Shown: positions 1 through 9,695, counted from the first letter of the stretch. The stretch: DNA of 64,000 nt from Patescibacteria group bacterium (GCA_041671125.1 JBAZCA010000001.1:136120-200119); one strand, 5' to 3'. Numbers and translations: made by a program. Notes: generated by a model from the letters alone, not told the origin.

Positions 1-399
1 CTCGTACATGTTCAGCTCTTCAATTATAACGCCTTTTTCCCGCTCAATTTCCCGGGCGTCAAATTTTGAATTCTTGATCATGTCGCTAATAATCTCTACG
101 CCTTTTTCAAGGTTTTTTGTCCCGACCTTAACCCAGAAACCCGTGTATTCTTTAGTGGTAAAGGCGTTATTTTCCGAACCGATAGAGTCAAAGGCGTTCG
201 CTATATCTTTGGCCGTCGGCCGTTTCCGGGTGCCTTTGAAAAACATGTGTTCAAGAAAATGCGAAACTCCGTTATTCTTCCGGTTTTCAAACTTTGAACC
301 GGTGGCAACCATAATTAAAACCGTCGCTGTTTCAGTTCCCTTTACCGGCGCAGTTATAAGCTGTAATCCGTTTTTCAGCGTGCTTAGTTTGTAATTCAT
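1..399 (-). CDS. M16 (pitrilysin/insulinase) family zinc peptidase, N-terminal part; runs off the window
   Basis: Own translation from ATG (revcomp) at 397-399: MNYKLSTLKNGLQLITAP...NNGVSHFLEHMFFKGT. It has the HxxEH (HFLEH) zinc motif. It is absent from the ORF track because there is no stop in the window. The listed 8..394 + ORF is its antisense shadow. Confidence 0.75.
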   Translation of the reverse strand, partial: MNYKLSTLKNGLQLITAPVKGTETATVLIMVATGSKFENRKNNGVSHFLEHMFFKGTRKRPTAKDIANAFDSIGSENNAFTTKEYTGFWVKVGTKNLEKGVEIISDMIKNSKFDAREIEREKGVIIEELNMYE

Positions 400-558
400 A
401 TTTAACTTACTTTAAATAATTAATTCCATCACCCGTATAATATACTGAAAAAATTAAGCCGGGGTTAACGGAAAAAACCGCGGCTATCGGACGTATCGGC
501 AACGGAGTTAACTTAACAAAATTCACGTAAAAATTCAATACCGCGCGAGAATAGCCTA

Positions 559-927
559 TTAGCCCTTTTTCATCTTCTCAATATCCCTTTTCACTCGCGA
601 AATAAGCTCTTCTTTGTTTTTAAATTTAATCGCTTCCCTGATTTTTTCGCCGATTTCCACCGTAATTTCTTTACCATATAAATCGCCGGAAAAATTAAAA
701 ATATGCGCTTCCAGCGCTTCCCCGCCAGGTAAAACGAACAAGGCCGCCCGGTATCCGGCGCCGTTAAACTTCACCCGACCCGAATATACTCCGCTGTCAA
801 TTTTTTTTTTCAAAGAAATATTGGCGGTCGGAAAACCAAACTCCGTCCCCTTCCCCTTGCCTTTAATTACCACTCCTTTTGCATTAATTCCCGTCATACA
901 AAGAAAAGGGCTTAATTGCCCCGTCAT
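559..927 (-). CDS. Riboflavin kinase domain protein
   Basis: GKGKGTEFGFPTANI matches the riboflavin kinase G-x-G-x-x-LGFPTAN motif. At about 120 aa it is a kinase domain only. The true start may be the internal M at 897. Confidence 0.6.
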   Translation of the reverse strand: MTGQLSPFLCMTGINAKGVVIKGKGKGTEFGFPTANISLKKKIDSGVYSGRVKFNGAGYRAALFVLPGGEALEAHIFNFSGDLYGKEITVEIGEKIREAIKFKNKEELISRVKRDIEKMKKG

Positions 928-959
928 AATTAAAAAATAAAATATCGCTCCTCTCCTCC

Positions 960-1120
960 GTAAGTTTAAGCGGAAAATATTTCATTTTTGAAGCGAGGCT
1001 TGTGTCTGACCGATCAGGCGAATTCCAGCCACCCAAAAAGCCATGCAATATCAACAAACTCACAATAATTATGCCTGGACTTCCGGAGCGAAAAAATGAA
1101 ATATTTTCCGCTTAAACGCA
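960..1120. repeat. Family A hairpin element, copy 1 (about 26 bp terminal inverted repeats)
   Basis: The arms gtttaagcggaaaatatttcattttt (964-989) and aaaaatgaaatattttccgcttaaac (1092-1117) are reverse complements. The sub-terminal motif catttttgaagcgagg / agcgaaaaaatgaa is shared with the copy at 6366-6515. Confidence 0.7.
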
Positions 1121-1122
1121 AA

Positions 1123-1719
1123 CTACTTCTCATACTCCAAAATCGCCTCTAGCACCTTTGAATCAACGCCTAACGGTTCCATATAAATAACCTGCGAGCG
1201 GACGACGTTCATACTGCCGGTCGGGCCGTGCGTCTCTTTTCCCCGTTTTACCAGTTTCAGGCTCGCCGTTTCGTCAACTTCTTTTTTATCGTCCCGGGTC
1301 TGCTCGTAATTATAATAAACATTTTCAATAACAACCGGATCAGCCTTAGTGTCTTTAACCTGGCCGTAAAATATTTCATCACTTACGAGCTTCACTGCGT
1401 ACCAGCCGGTAGCGTCCGCGGCCTTATTTTCCGGCATGCCGGCCGTCGGCGCCCCGCGAAAAAATACCCACCAGGCTCCGAAACCGGCCAAAGCGAAAAC
1501 CGCCAGGATGAATAGTATCCTCCAAACCGGCCCGCCTTCGTTCTTTTCCGCCGGCCGGGATATTTTCTGGAGATCTTTTTTATTTTCTTCTTTCTCCTGG
1601 CCGTAAATCTTTTCCATCGGGTCTTCTTTGGGCTTCTTAAAAAATTTATTCTTCCGTTCCATTTCTTTCCGTTCCATTTCTTCTTTTAAATTTACGGTTT
1701 GGGAAAAATTGTCAGCCAT
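1123..1719 (-). CDS. Hypothetical membrane-anchored protein
   Basis: 198 aa ORF with a charged N-terminus, one hydrophobic span (WRILFILAVFALAGFGAWWVFF) and then a soluble domain. No family recognised. Confidence 0.5.
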   Translation of the reverse strand: MADNFSQTVNLKEEMERKEMERKNKFFKKPKEDPMEKIYGQEKEENKKDLQKISRPAEKNEGGPVWRILFILAVFALAGFGAWWVFFRGAPTAGMPENKAADATGWYAVKLVSDEIFYGQVKDTKADPVVIENVYYNYEQTRDDKKEVDETASLKLVKRGKETHGPTGSMNVVRSQVIYMEPLGVDSKVLEAILEYEK

Positions 1720-1754
1720 ATTTTTTGATTACTTTGAATTACAAAATACCTATT

Positions 1755-1851
1755 CCTCCCCCTTACAAAGGGGGAGGCCAGGAGGGGGTGGGCAGTATAA
1801 TTTTAGGTAAAAACCCCTCCCCATCCCTCCCCTTCGTAAGGGGAGGGAACC
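1755..1851. repeat. Family D palindromic element (cccctt..aagggg arms), empty copy
   Basis: cctcccccttacaaagggggaggccaggagggggtgg and the inverted arm cccctccccatccctccccttcgtaaggggaggg. The same family occurs at 15989, 49381, 50363 and 50822. Confidence 0.75.
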
Positions 1852-1873
1852 CGTTTCGTAATTCAAATAGTTG

Positions 1874-2902
1874 TTAATCCGAGGGTAAATCCGCCGGAAC
1901 CAGAGCAGGTTCAGATTCAGCAACCGGCTCCGGATTAACCGGCAATTCAATAACCTGGACATCTTCCGGCTCGCTTTGCCCGGGTTGAGAATTTTCTCCG
2001 CCGCCAGGAACGGTAGCGTCAGAACCGGCAGTCTCGCCGCCGGCGGTTGGCGTTTCTCCAGCCGTGCCATCGCCCGTCGCGCCATTATCCGGTCCTGAAT
2101 TTTCCCCATTAGCGTTTCCGTCTTCCAAATCGCAGGCGTCGCCATTACCGTCTCCGTCAGCGTCTTCCTGTCCCGAATTGGCGACGTTCGGACAATTATC
2201 AAAGTTCCCAAAAATATTGTCGCTATCCGGGTCATTTTCCGTTATGTAATTATTATAAACCTGGGTAAGGTTATCCGGCCCGGAAGCGGTTTCAGCGCCG
2301 TCGCCGGACGAATTTTCAAATCCGGCGGTTAGCGCCCCGGCGGTCGCCGGAGTCGGCAATTCAATTTTTTTAACCGGTTCATAGCCCGGGAAAACATTGC
2401 CAGCCAGATTCATGGTTTTGCCGATTAATCCCGTATATTCTATCACTTCAATCCTTTTTTCTTCGCCGTTCTTTATCGCGCCCGCCTTCACTTCCATTAA
2501 TTCTTTTAACCGCTTATCTTTAATTTCCCCGAGCTCTCCGGCTAAAAATCCGCCAAGATCTTCTTTTAGGTTCTTCGTAACTTTTATCGTCCTTTCCCGC
2601 GTCCCGTACTGCCAGGCGCTGTTAATTACGGAGATATCAAGGTAAGTAAATGTCGCGTAATAATATTTTTCGTCACTCTCAATTTTTTCAATCTTAAAGC
2701 CAAAGTCATGATTTTCCAAATCAACCGCGAGAAGAAGCGTATTATCAATCCCCTCAACGCGGGTCTGTTTTTGGCCGATGGCGTCCGGTTCGGCCGCGAA
2801 AACCCCGGCCCCAAAAATAAAAACTACCGAGAAAATAATAATTGCCGCGTTATTATATTTAATGAAATCAATAATTTTGGAAGCAGATTTTTGCATATTC
2901 AA
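1874..2902 (-). CDS. Hypothetical surface protein with thrombospondin-type-3-like Ca-binding repeat
   Basis: N-terminal TM helix. DNCPNVANSGQEDADGDGNGDACD resembles a TSP type-3 repeat. The C-terminus is a low-complexity G/E/P/T tail. Confidence 0.55.
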   Translation of the reverse strand: MNMQKSASKIIDFIKYNNAAIIIFSVVFIFGAGVFAAEPDAIGQKQTRVEGIDNTLLLAVDLENHDFGFKIEKIESDEKYYYATFTYLDISVINSAWQYGTRERTIKVTKNLKEDLGGFLAGELGEIKDKRLKELMEVKAGAIKNGEEKRIEVIEYTGLIGKTMNLAGNVFPGYEPVKKIELPTPATAGALTAGFENSSGDGAETASGPDNLTQVYNNYITENDPDSDNIFGNFDNCPNVANSGQEDADGDGNGDACDLEDGNANGENSGPDNGATGDGTAGETPTAGGETAGSDATVPGGGENSQPGQSEPEDVQVIELPVNPEPVAESEPALVPADLPSD

Positions 2903-2984
2903 AGCGTTTCTTTTATCCTCTCCATTATACTATTTTTTACTCTCACTCGCAACACTCGCGAAAGGACAGGACACTGTCCTGTCC

Positions 2985-4358
2985 CTATACCATCCTTTCT
3001 TTACCAAATTTTACTTTTACCAGCCGGCCGGTAAACCCCCTATCGCGATCATCTTCCTTTTCCCGGTTTTTCCTGCCGGTCTTATCTTTAACGATCAACG
3101 ATTTATCAAAAGCAATATCAAAATAATATTCTGATTTGCCAATAAGCTTATCACCCGCCTTTTTCCCGCCAACAATAACGTAGAGTTCGCGGCCGATAAA
3201 TTTCTTTTCGTATTCACGGGAGAGCGCCTCACCGAGCATTTTGAGTTTTTTCACGCGCCTTTGTTTTATTTCATCACTAACAGCTCCGGGCATTTTCGCG
3301 GCCGGAGTTTTTTCATGGGCGGAAAAAGGAAAAACATGCAAACGGCTAAATTTTATTTCTTTAATGAAATTATAAGTGCCCATGAAGTCGGCTTCGGTTT
3401 CGCCGGGAAAACCGACAATAATGTCTGTCGTTATGGCGATATCAGGCATTAATTTCCTGATATTCTTAATTCTTAATTCGTAATTCTTAACCCCATACGG
3501 CCGGTTCATGAGCTTTAAAATTTTATCCGATCCTGATTGCAGAGGAATATGCAAATGCTTGCACATCTTATTATTCCCGCTAAGAAGCCTGATCAACCTG
3601 TCGTTCACTTCGGTAATTTCAATGGAGCTCAGCCTCACCCGCCCTAAATTTTCTATTCTTATAACCTTCCTTAATAAATTAACCAAATTTGATTGATCTT
3701 CCCCTTTTCTAATTTCCGGCTTCTCACTTCTAACTTCCAACTTCTTGCTTCCCGAATCTTTCCCATACAACCCCAAATGGATCCCGCATAAAATGATCTC
3801 GCGAAAACCGTTTTTTACTGCCTCGTTAATTTCCGCGATCACTTCGTCCTTATCGCGGCTTTTTAATTTTCCCCGGGCATAAGGAATAACGCAGTATGAG
3901 CAAAACTGTTCGCACCCGTCCTGGACTTTAATAAAATATCGGGATCGGTCACCGTTTCCCGGACTGCCGGTTTGATGGCATGCTAATAACTCTAAATTTT
4001 GATTTGTAACTTTTAACTCTGAATTTTTAATTTTTAATTTTGAAACAAAGCTTTCCAGCCGCTGTTCATCCGCAACAATTTCTGCATCCCGCAAGCCATC
4101 AATTTCATACACCTTAGGCCAGCAACCGGTCACGATTATGCGCGCTCCGGGGTTTTCCTTCCGCGCCCTATTTATCATTTGCCGGCCTTTTTGGATCGCG
4201 ATTTTTGTTACGGCGCAGGTATTAATAATTACTAGGTCAGCATCATTTTTTACCAGGCTGAAACCGGCCGCCTTAAGCTTTCCGGCCAAAGTCCGCGAAT
4301 CATACTGGTTGACTTTACACCCGAGAGTGTAAATTTTATATTTATTTTCCCGAACCAT
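2985..4358 (-). CDS. mtaB: MtaB-like radical-SAM methylthiotransferase (MiaB/RimO family)
   Basis: YTLGCKVNQYDS N-terminal UPF0004 motif, CxxxCxxC radical-SAM box (CEQFCSYCVIP) and a C-terminal TRAM-like region. Start placed at MVRENKYKIY; the ORF track extends to 4436. Confidence 0.8.
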   Translation of the reverse strand: MVRENKYKIYTLGCKVNQYDSRTLAGKLKAAGFSLVKNDADLVIINTCAVTKIAIQKGRQMINRARKENPGARIIVTGCWPKVYEIDGLRDAEIVADEQRLESFVSKLKIKNSELKVTNQNLELLACHQTGSPGNGDRSRYFIKVQDGCEQFCSYCVIPYARGKLKSRDKDEVIAEINEAVKNGFREIILCGIHLGLYGKDSGSKKLEVRSEKPEIRKGEDQSNLVNLLRKVIRIENLGRVRLSSIEITEVNDRLIRLLSGNNKMCKHLHIPLQSGSDKILKLMNRPYGVKNYELRIKNIRKLMPDIAITTDIIVGFPGETEADFMGTYNFIKEIKFSRLHVFPFSAHEKTPAAKMPGAVSDEIKQRRVKKLKMLGEALSREYEKKFIGRELYVIVGGKKAGDKLIGKSEYYFDIAFDKSLIVKDKTGRKNREKEDDRDRGFTGRLVKVKFGKERMV

Positions 4359-4449
4359 CTTATTTTTAAAATGCCCCTGCCAAAAAGCAAGAGCATTAAT
4401 GTATACCGGATAAAATTGGCAATCTGCAATTGACAATTAAAAATTCCTG

Positions 4450-4521
4450 AGCCGTCTGTCGGACTCGAACCGACAACCTACTGTTTACAAAACAGTTGCT
4501 CTACCATTGAGCTAAGACGGC
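4450..4521 (-). tRNA. tRNA-Thr (UGU)
   Basis: Hand-folded cloverleaf: acceptor gccgtct/agacggc, T-arm gtcgg-ttcgagt-ccgac, anticodon loop ttTGTaa. No encoded CCA. Confidence 0.9.
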
Positions 4522-4678
4522 ATACCGCCTGCAAGTCCGTCAACTAACAGATCTGCCATTAGACTAATGCAAAATAAAGAATAGCGAGTGTTGAATGATA
4601 ATTCTTAAATTACAAAATTTCATTTGGCATTCGTCAACCTGCCTGCCGGCAGGCAGGTCGTAAATCGTCAATCCTTTG

Positions 4679-4751
4679 TGGGTCGTATTGGATTCGAACC
4701 AATGACCTTCTCCTTAAAAGGGAGCTGCTCTACCAGCTGAGCTAACGACCC
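4679..4751 (-). tRNA. tRNA-Lys (UUU)
   Basis: Acceptor gggtcgt/acgaccc, D-arm gctc-agctggta-gagc, anticodon loop ctTTTaa, T-arm attgg-ttcgaat-ccaat. Confidence 0.9.
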
Positions 4752-4948
4752 GTCCCGCATCACTGCAACCTACGGGATATGCAAAACTAAAAATCTGCCC
4801 GTAGCAGATGCTGATATATTAACAAAATAATTAAAAAAATGCAAGGGTGAAACATATGATAAGACATGTGAAAAAAGTCCAGAAAATCAGGGCTTGTTAA
4901 AGAAAGAAAAACCCTGTAACATGGAGCTATAATTTTAACTCTTTTTTC

Positions 4949-6340
4949 ATGACCACCCCCAGCCTGACCGAAAAAATGCCGCCGCAGAATGTTGAAGCCG
5001 AAGAATCGCTTTTAGGCTGCCTTTTAATTGACAAAGATGCGATTATCCGGATCGCGGATATTGTTTTTGAAAAGGATTTCTATAAGGAAAGCCATGAGCT
5101 TATCTACCGGGCCATGAAAGAGCTCTATACCCGGCGCGAACCGATTGACATCCTGAGCCTTACAAACCGACTGGAGGAAAGAAACGAGCTTAGCCAGGTC
5201 GGCGGCCGGACTTACCTCGCCCATCTTTCCACCGCCGTCGCCACCTCTTCGCATATTGTCCATTACGCGCAGATCGTCCATAGAAAATCAACGCTAAGGC
5301 GGCTTATTGAAACCGCCGCCCAAATCGGCGAGATGGGTTACCGCGAAGACGAAGATTTAGAAAAAATTCTTGACGAAGCCGAGCAGAAAATTTTCGCGGT
5401 TTCCCAAAAATACGTAAAAAATATTTTTGTCCCGATTGACAGCCTCTTAACCGAGGCTTTTGACCGGATTGACGAACTCCATAAGCAGTCGGGAAAACTC
5501 CGGGGCATCCCGACCGGCTATTACGAACTGGACGACATGCTCGCCGGACTGCAGAAATCCGATCTGGTGATTTTAGCCGCCCGGCCGAGCGTCGGAAAAA
5601 CTTCCCTCGCCCTGGATATCGCCCGCCAGTCGGCGGTAAAATCCAAAGCTTCAGTCGGGCTTTTTTCCCTTGAAATGTCAAAAGAACAACTCGTTGACCG
5701 CATGCTCTGCGCCCAGGCCGGCGTCAGCCTCTGGAAAATGAGGACCGGAAAATTATCCGACCGCGAAGAAGACAATGATTTCGCCCGCATCGGCGAAGCT
5801 ATGGGTCGGCTTTCCGAAGCGCCGATTTACATTGACGACAGCGCCAATACCTCGGTCATGGAAATAAGAACTAAGGCCCGGCGCCTGCAGATGGAACGGG
5901 GCCTGGACATGATTATTATTGACTATCTCCAGCTCATGGAAGGCCGGGGAAAATACTCCGACAACCGGACCCAGGAAGTCTCCGAAATCACCCGAGGTTT
6001 AAAAGGCATTGCCCGCGAACTCGGCATCCCGGTCGTCGCCCTTTCCCAGCTCTCGCGCGTCGTTGAGCAGTCAAAGCCGGCCATCCCAAAACTCTCGCAC
6101 CTCCGCGAATCCGGTTCCATTGAGCAGGACGCCGACATTGTCATGTTCATTTACCGCAAAGCTTCAGACCGGAATTACCGCTTAGAAGACCTCTCAGACG
6201 AAGACCGCTATAAGGCCGAAATCCATATCGCTAAGCACAGAAACGGCCCGACCGGCCGGGTGGATTTATATTTTGACGAGCAGACCACGAGTTTTAAAAA
6301 TCTAGACTCAAAATCAAAAACCGACCTCCCGCAATTCTAA
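4949..6340 (+). CDS. dnaB: Replicative DNA helicase DnaB
   Basis: N-terminal PPQNVEAEESLLGCLL motif, Walker A ARPSVGKTS, and the IIIDYLQLM and RNGPTG motifs. Confidence 0.95.
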   Translation: MTTPSLTEKMPPQNVEAEESLLGCLLIDKDAIIRIADIVFEKDFYKESHELIYRAMKELYTRREPIDILSLTNRLEERNELSQVGGRTYLAHLSTAVATSSHIVHYAQIVHRKSTLRRLIETAAQIGEMGYREDEDLEKILDEAEQKIFAVSQKYVKNIFVPIDSLLTEAFDRIDELHKQSGKLRGIPTGYYELDDMLAGLQKSDLVILAARPSVGKTSLALDIARQSAVKSKASVGLFSLEMSKEQLVDRMLCAQAGVSLWKMRTGKLSDREEDNDFARIGEAMGRLSEAPIYIDDSANTSVMEIRTKARRLQMERGLDMIIIDYLQLMEGRGKYSDNRTQEVSEITRGLKGIARELGIPVVALSQLSRVVEQSKPAIPKLSHLRESGSIEQDADIVMFIYRKASDRNYRLEDLSDEDRYKAEIHIAKHRNGPTGRVDLYFDEQTTSFKNLDSKSKTDLPQF

Positions 6341-6365
6341 TAATTATTCATCTATAATATACTAA

Positions 6366-6515
6366 AAGCGAACGGATATTTTCATTTTTGAAGCGAGGAC
6401 ATGTACGCCGCTGAACATGCGTTGATTCCTGGCAAAGGACGTTTAAAAATATAATGCGTCCATGAGAAGAATGCGTGCGTTTCCACAGCGAAAAAATGAA
6501 AATATCCGTTCGCTT
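6366..6515. repeat. Family A hairpin element, copy 2
   Basis: The arms aagcgaacggatattttcattttt and aaaaatgaaaatatccgttcgctt are reverse complements. Same sub-terminal motifs as 960-1120, with a different centre. Confidence 0.7.
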
Positions 6516-6524
6516 AATCGCAAC

Positions 6525-6797
6525 ATGTTCAACAAACTAAAACAGCTGAAAGACTTAAGAAGTCAGGCCAAAAACATCCAGAACGTCCTCGCCGAAGAAA
6601 CCATTGAAGCGGAAAAAGGCGGCGTAAAAATCATCATGAACGGCAACATGGAAGTGAAATCTCTTACCATTAACAACGACATCGCTAAAGAGAGCCTGGA
6701 AGGAATCTTAAAAAACCTCATTAACGACGCCATAAAAAAGACCCAAAAAGTCATGGCCAAAAAAATGCAGGACATGGGCGGACTGCCGGGATTTTAA
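6525..6797 (+). CDS. ybaB: YbaB/EbfC nucleoid-associated protein
   Basis: MFNKLKQLKDLRSQAKNIQ...GGVKIIMNGNMEVKSLTIN is typical of the YbaB family, and it sits upstream of recR as usual. The ORF-track start at 6462 lies inside the family A repeat. Confidence 0.85.
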   Translation: MFNKLKQLKDLRSQAKNIQNVLAEETIEAEKGGVKIIMNGNMEVKSLTINNDIAKESLEGILKNLINDAIKKTQKVMAKKMQDMGGLPGF

Positions 6798-6850
6798 AAC
6801 GTAACACATAACATAAAACAGACTCTGTTACGTGTTCCATGTTATGAGTT

Positions 6851-7453
6851 ATGAAATATCCCAAAAGCATTGAAAACCTGATTAAATTTTTTTCCACCCT
6901 GCCAACCGTCGGACCGAAGACGGCCGAGCGGTATGTTTTTTATTTGCTCAGCCGGCCGGCCGAAGAATTAAAAAATTTCGGGGAGGCCGTCGCCAGCCTT
7001 AAAAACGGCGTTACTACCTGCCCGAGCTGCCTGACCGTTATTGAAAATGGCGGCTGTCCGATCTGCGCGGACGTTAAGCGCGACGCCAGGGAGCTTTGCA
7101 TCGTCGCTGATCCAAGAGATCTCACGGCCATAGAAAGCACAAAAAACTACAAGGGCTATTACCTGGTTTTGGGCGGGGAAATAAACGCCATTGAAGGCAT
7201 TGAACCGGACAGCCTGAATATTAAGGAACTGCTTAACAAACTAAAATCCGGGCCGGTCAAAGAGGCGATTCTCGGCCTCAACCCGACTCTTGAAGGCGAA
7301 ACTACGGCCATGTATTTATCCAGGCTGATTAAAAAAACTTTTCCGGACATAAAGGTTACCCGCCTCGCGCGCGGATTGCCGATGGGCGCGGACATTCTTT
7401 ACGCCGACGAGATGACTTTATCCAACTCATTAAAATACAGGAGCGAAATCTAG
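6851..7453 (+). CDS. recR: Recombination protein RecR
   Basis: LPTVGPKTAERY helix-hairpin-helix, C4 zinc finger (CPSC...CPIC) and a Toprim domain. Confidence 0.95.
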   Translation: MKYPKSIENLIKFFSTLPTVGPKTAERYVFYLLSRPAEELKNFGEAVASLKNGVTTCPSCLTVIENGGCPICADVKRDARELCIVADPRDLTAIESTKNYKGYYLVLGGEINAIEGIEPDSLNIKELLNKLKSGPVKEAILGLNPTLEGETTAMYLSRLIKKTFPDIKVTRLARGLPMGADILYADEMTLSNSLKYRSEI

Positions 7454-7473
7454 CCAATAATCCGGCAAAACAA

Positions 7474-7504
7474 AACAGCCTTTCTTAAATTAAGAAAGGC
7501 TGTT
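7474..7504. terminator. Hairpin between convergent recR and rplU
   Basis: aacagcctttctt-aaatt-aagaaaggctgtt, a 13 bp perfect stem. The U tract is weak on both strands. Confidence 0.5.
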
Positions 7505-7526
7505 AAAGAGTTTCACTGTTTATTTG

Positions 7527-7841
7527 TTAGGCCGCGATCTTCGTGATTTCCACTTTGGTATAAGCCTGGCGGTGGCCTTTGGTTCGGAGATAGCGGATCT
7601 TATTCTTATACTTCACCACGGTTATTTTCTTCCCTTTCGCGGTTTCAATGATTTTTCCGGTTACTTTTTCACCGAGGCTCGGCGCGCCTAAATCCAGTTT
7701 GGCGCCGTCGTCCGAAGCGATCATTAAGGTTTCAAACATAACACTGGCGTCTTTTTCGCCGTCCAATTTTTCAATCCTTAAAGACTGCCCTTCTTTGACT
7801 TTATATTGTTTTCCTCCGGTTTTTATTACTGCGATAGACAT
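7527..7841 (-). CDS. rplU: 50S ribosomal protein L21
   Basis: MSIAVIKTGGKQYKVKEGQ...KGHRQAYTKVEI is canonical L21. Confidence 0.95.
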   Translation of the reverse strand: MSIAVIKTGGKQYKVKEGQSLRIEKLDGEKDASVMFETLMIASDDGAKLDLGAPSLGEKVTGKIIETAKGKKITVVKYKNKIRYLRTKGHRQAYTKVEITKIAA

Positions 7842-7961
7842 ATCAAATCAATTTTTAATTTTTAATTTTTAATTTTTAATGAATCTTCAAATTCACTAAA
7901 AACTATTGCGAGCTGATTATTGTAAATCTTAAATAAAAATAAGCTCTGAAAGCTTCTCTAT

Positions 7962-7989
7962 ATTATACAGATTTTTTCCCGCTTGTCAA
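7962..7989 (-). promoter_or_regulatory. Sigma70-like promoter upstream of rplU
   Basis: Minus strand reads TTGACA (7984-7989), a 16 nt spacer, then TATAAT (7962-7967). Confidence 0.5.
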
Positions 7990-8015
7990 TTGTTGCGGAT
8001 GCCGGCGCCTCAGGG

Positions 8016-8315
8016 CTAATGGCCGCAACAGCAACAGCAACCCTCTTTTTTATCCCGGTGAGCCTCGGCCTCTTTTTCCATTTTTTCCAGCCGTTCATAG
8101 TAATCCGGGAATTCTTTCATGTGCGCCAAGGCAATTTTTCCGGTCATGATTTCGTCGTCATCGGTAACGTTGGTTTCGGAATCAATTGAGCCGTGTTCAA
8201 GCTCAACGTCCATGCCAAAACGGAATTGCTCCAAATCAAATTTACCAAAATCAACCCCGATCTTCTCACCCACTCTTTTAGCGTCTTCCAAGGTAAAATA
8301 TTTCTTCTCGCTCAT
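8016..8315 (-). CDS. Small DUF5661-like protein with C-terminal penta-cysteine tail
   Basis: GMDVELEHG...ALAHMKEFPDYYERLEKME resembles the DUF5661 motif (assigned from memory, not searched). It ends ...KKEGCCCCCGH. Confidence 0.55.
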   Translation of the reverse strand: MSEKKYFTLEDAKRVGEKIGVDFGKFDLEQFRFGMDVELEHGSIDSETNVTDDDEIMTGKIALAHMKEFPDYYERLEKMEKEAEAHRDKKEGCCCCCGH

Positions 8316-8331
8316 ATCGTAAAGTTAGTAA

Positions 8332-9438
8332 TTAATCACCGACGCAATTCTCCCCCGAAAGGGCGCTAGGAATAAAATCCGCCTTGTCCGACTCAAGATT
8401 GGCGCAAAGTAGATATTCGCTCCCGTCATCTTTTTTCAGCTCATAATAATAAACTTTGCTTCCGGCCTGCATATTAAATACGCCGTTATTGGGAGTTGGA
8501 TCGTCAAATTCTTTTTTCTCCTCATCCCAGCAGGTCTCGGCCTTAAAGCGCGCGTCACTGCAGGCTCCGATTTTATTGACCGGGTCGGACATAAGCGGCT
8601 TTAATCCCAGTTCCCCGGCGAAATTTTCCTGCCAGCTCGGCCAGACCGAAATCGTCCTGCCTTTAAGGTAAGTCCCTGATTCCAGTTTCGGATAATAGCC
8701 GCGCTCGTGATAATCTTTTAAAGCGATTTTCATTTCCGCGAGATCGGAAAGCCGAATCGTATCCCGAACTAAACGAGCTTTCTTGCTCAGACAGTATCCG
8801 CCCGCCGGACAATCTTTGTCAAAAAGGCATTTTATGACACATTTATTTCCTTCGCAGACATACCCGTCCAGACAAGTTTCGCCGGAGCAACTTTTTTCCT
8901 CGCCGATGTTTTCGCATTTGTTCGCCGCGCCGTTGTCATTCATCAGATTAACATTGAACTTCCAATGGTCAAGGATTTGACCGAGTATGTCCATGGTCGC
9001 CTGATCCGCGTCCTGGTTATAGGAAATGATATAAATGTTGGTAAAATAATTTTCATAAATTCCGTCTCCACCGTTATCAACGATATTGGCCGCGTTAACG
9101 TAAACCGTCCGGCCGTCGCGAACCGCCTGATAGCCGTCAACCGAGAGCGACTGGGGCGCGCCCTGCACATTTACGTTTTTGGAATACCATCTTAAGGGCG
9201 AAAAGTGGTCAGGATTAGGCATAACCCGGATGGCAATGGCATCAGAAGAACCAGTGTCGGCAGATGCAACCGGTCGGTTTACAGACGTTATAAAAATAAA
9301 AAATGCGCCGCAAAAAAAGAGCGCCGCGATAGAAAGCGTCTTTATTTTTTTCGTCCGGTCATAAAGACACGCCCTCCGTAACTTTTGGATTATGAATTCT
9401 TTAAGGCTTATACCCGTCATACCGGTATTATACCACAA
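8332..9438 (-). CDS. Hypothetical secreted/membrane-anchored Cys-rich protein
   Basis: N-terminal TM helix (SIAALFFCGAFFIFI), a Cys-rich middle (CSGETCLDGYVCEGNKCVIKCLFDKDCPAGGYC), and a C-terminal segment RLSDLAEMKIALKDY. No family assigned. Confidence 0.55.
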   Translation of the reverse strand: MWYNTGMTGISLKEFIIQKLRRACLYDRTKKIKTLSIAALFFCGAFFIFITSVNRPVASADTGSSDAIAIRVMPNPDHFSPLRWYSKNVNVQGAPQSLSVDGYQAVRDGRTVYVNAANIVDNGGDGIYENYFTNIYIISYNQDADQATMDILGQILDHWKFNVNLMNDNGAANKCENIGEEKSCSGETCLDGYVCEGNKCVIKCLFDKDCPAGGYCLSKKARLVRDTIRLSDLAEMKIALKDYHERGYYPKLESGTYLKGRTISVWPSWQENFAGELGLKPLMSDPVNKIGACSDARFKAETCWDEEKKEFDDPTPNNGVFNMQAGSKVYYYELKKDDGSEYLLCANLESDKADFIPSALSGENCVGD

Positions 9439-9532
9439 AACCGGGAAGGCGGTAAATGGGGTTATGTCCCATGAAACGCAAAACGCGGGGATGAATTTTT
9501 TTCCTGCAAATCGTCAATCGTAAATCTCAATG

Positions 9533-9603
9533 TCGGGGCATTGGGAATTGAACCCAAGCTACAAGACCCCCAGCCTTGCGTACTACCACTATACTATGCC
9601 CCG
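9533..9603 (-). tRNA. tRNA-Pro (GGG)
   Basis: Acceptor cggggca/tgccccg, T-arm ttggg-ttcaatt-cccaa, anticodon loop ctGGGgg with G37. Confidence 0.85.
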
Positions 9604-9695
9604 CCTAACAAACAACATATTATCACGATTTTTCTAAAAGTAAAGACGCGAAAAGAGTATTTTTTCCGCCGTAAAACAGCTACCCGGGTTCTAGT

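Noticed and set aside
8-394. 128-aa plus-strand ORF at the window start
   Set aside because: It is the antisense shadow of a convincing minus-strand M16 peptidase N-terminus (HFLEH motif). Its own product is low-complexity and has no recognisable motif.
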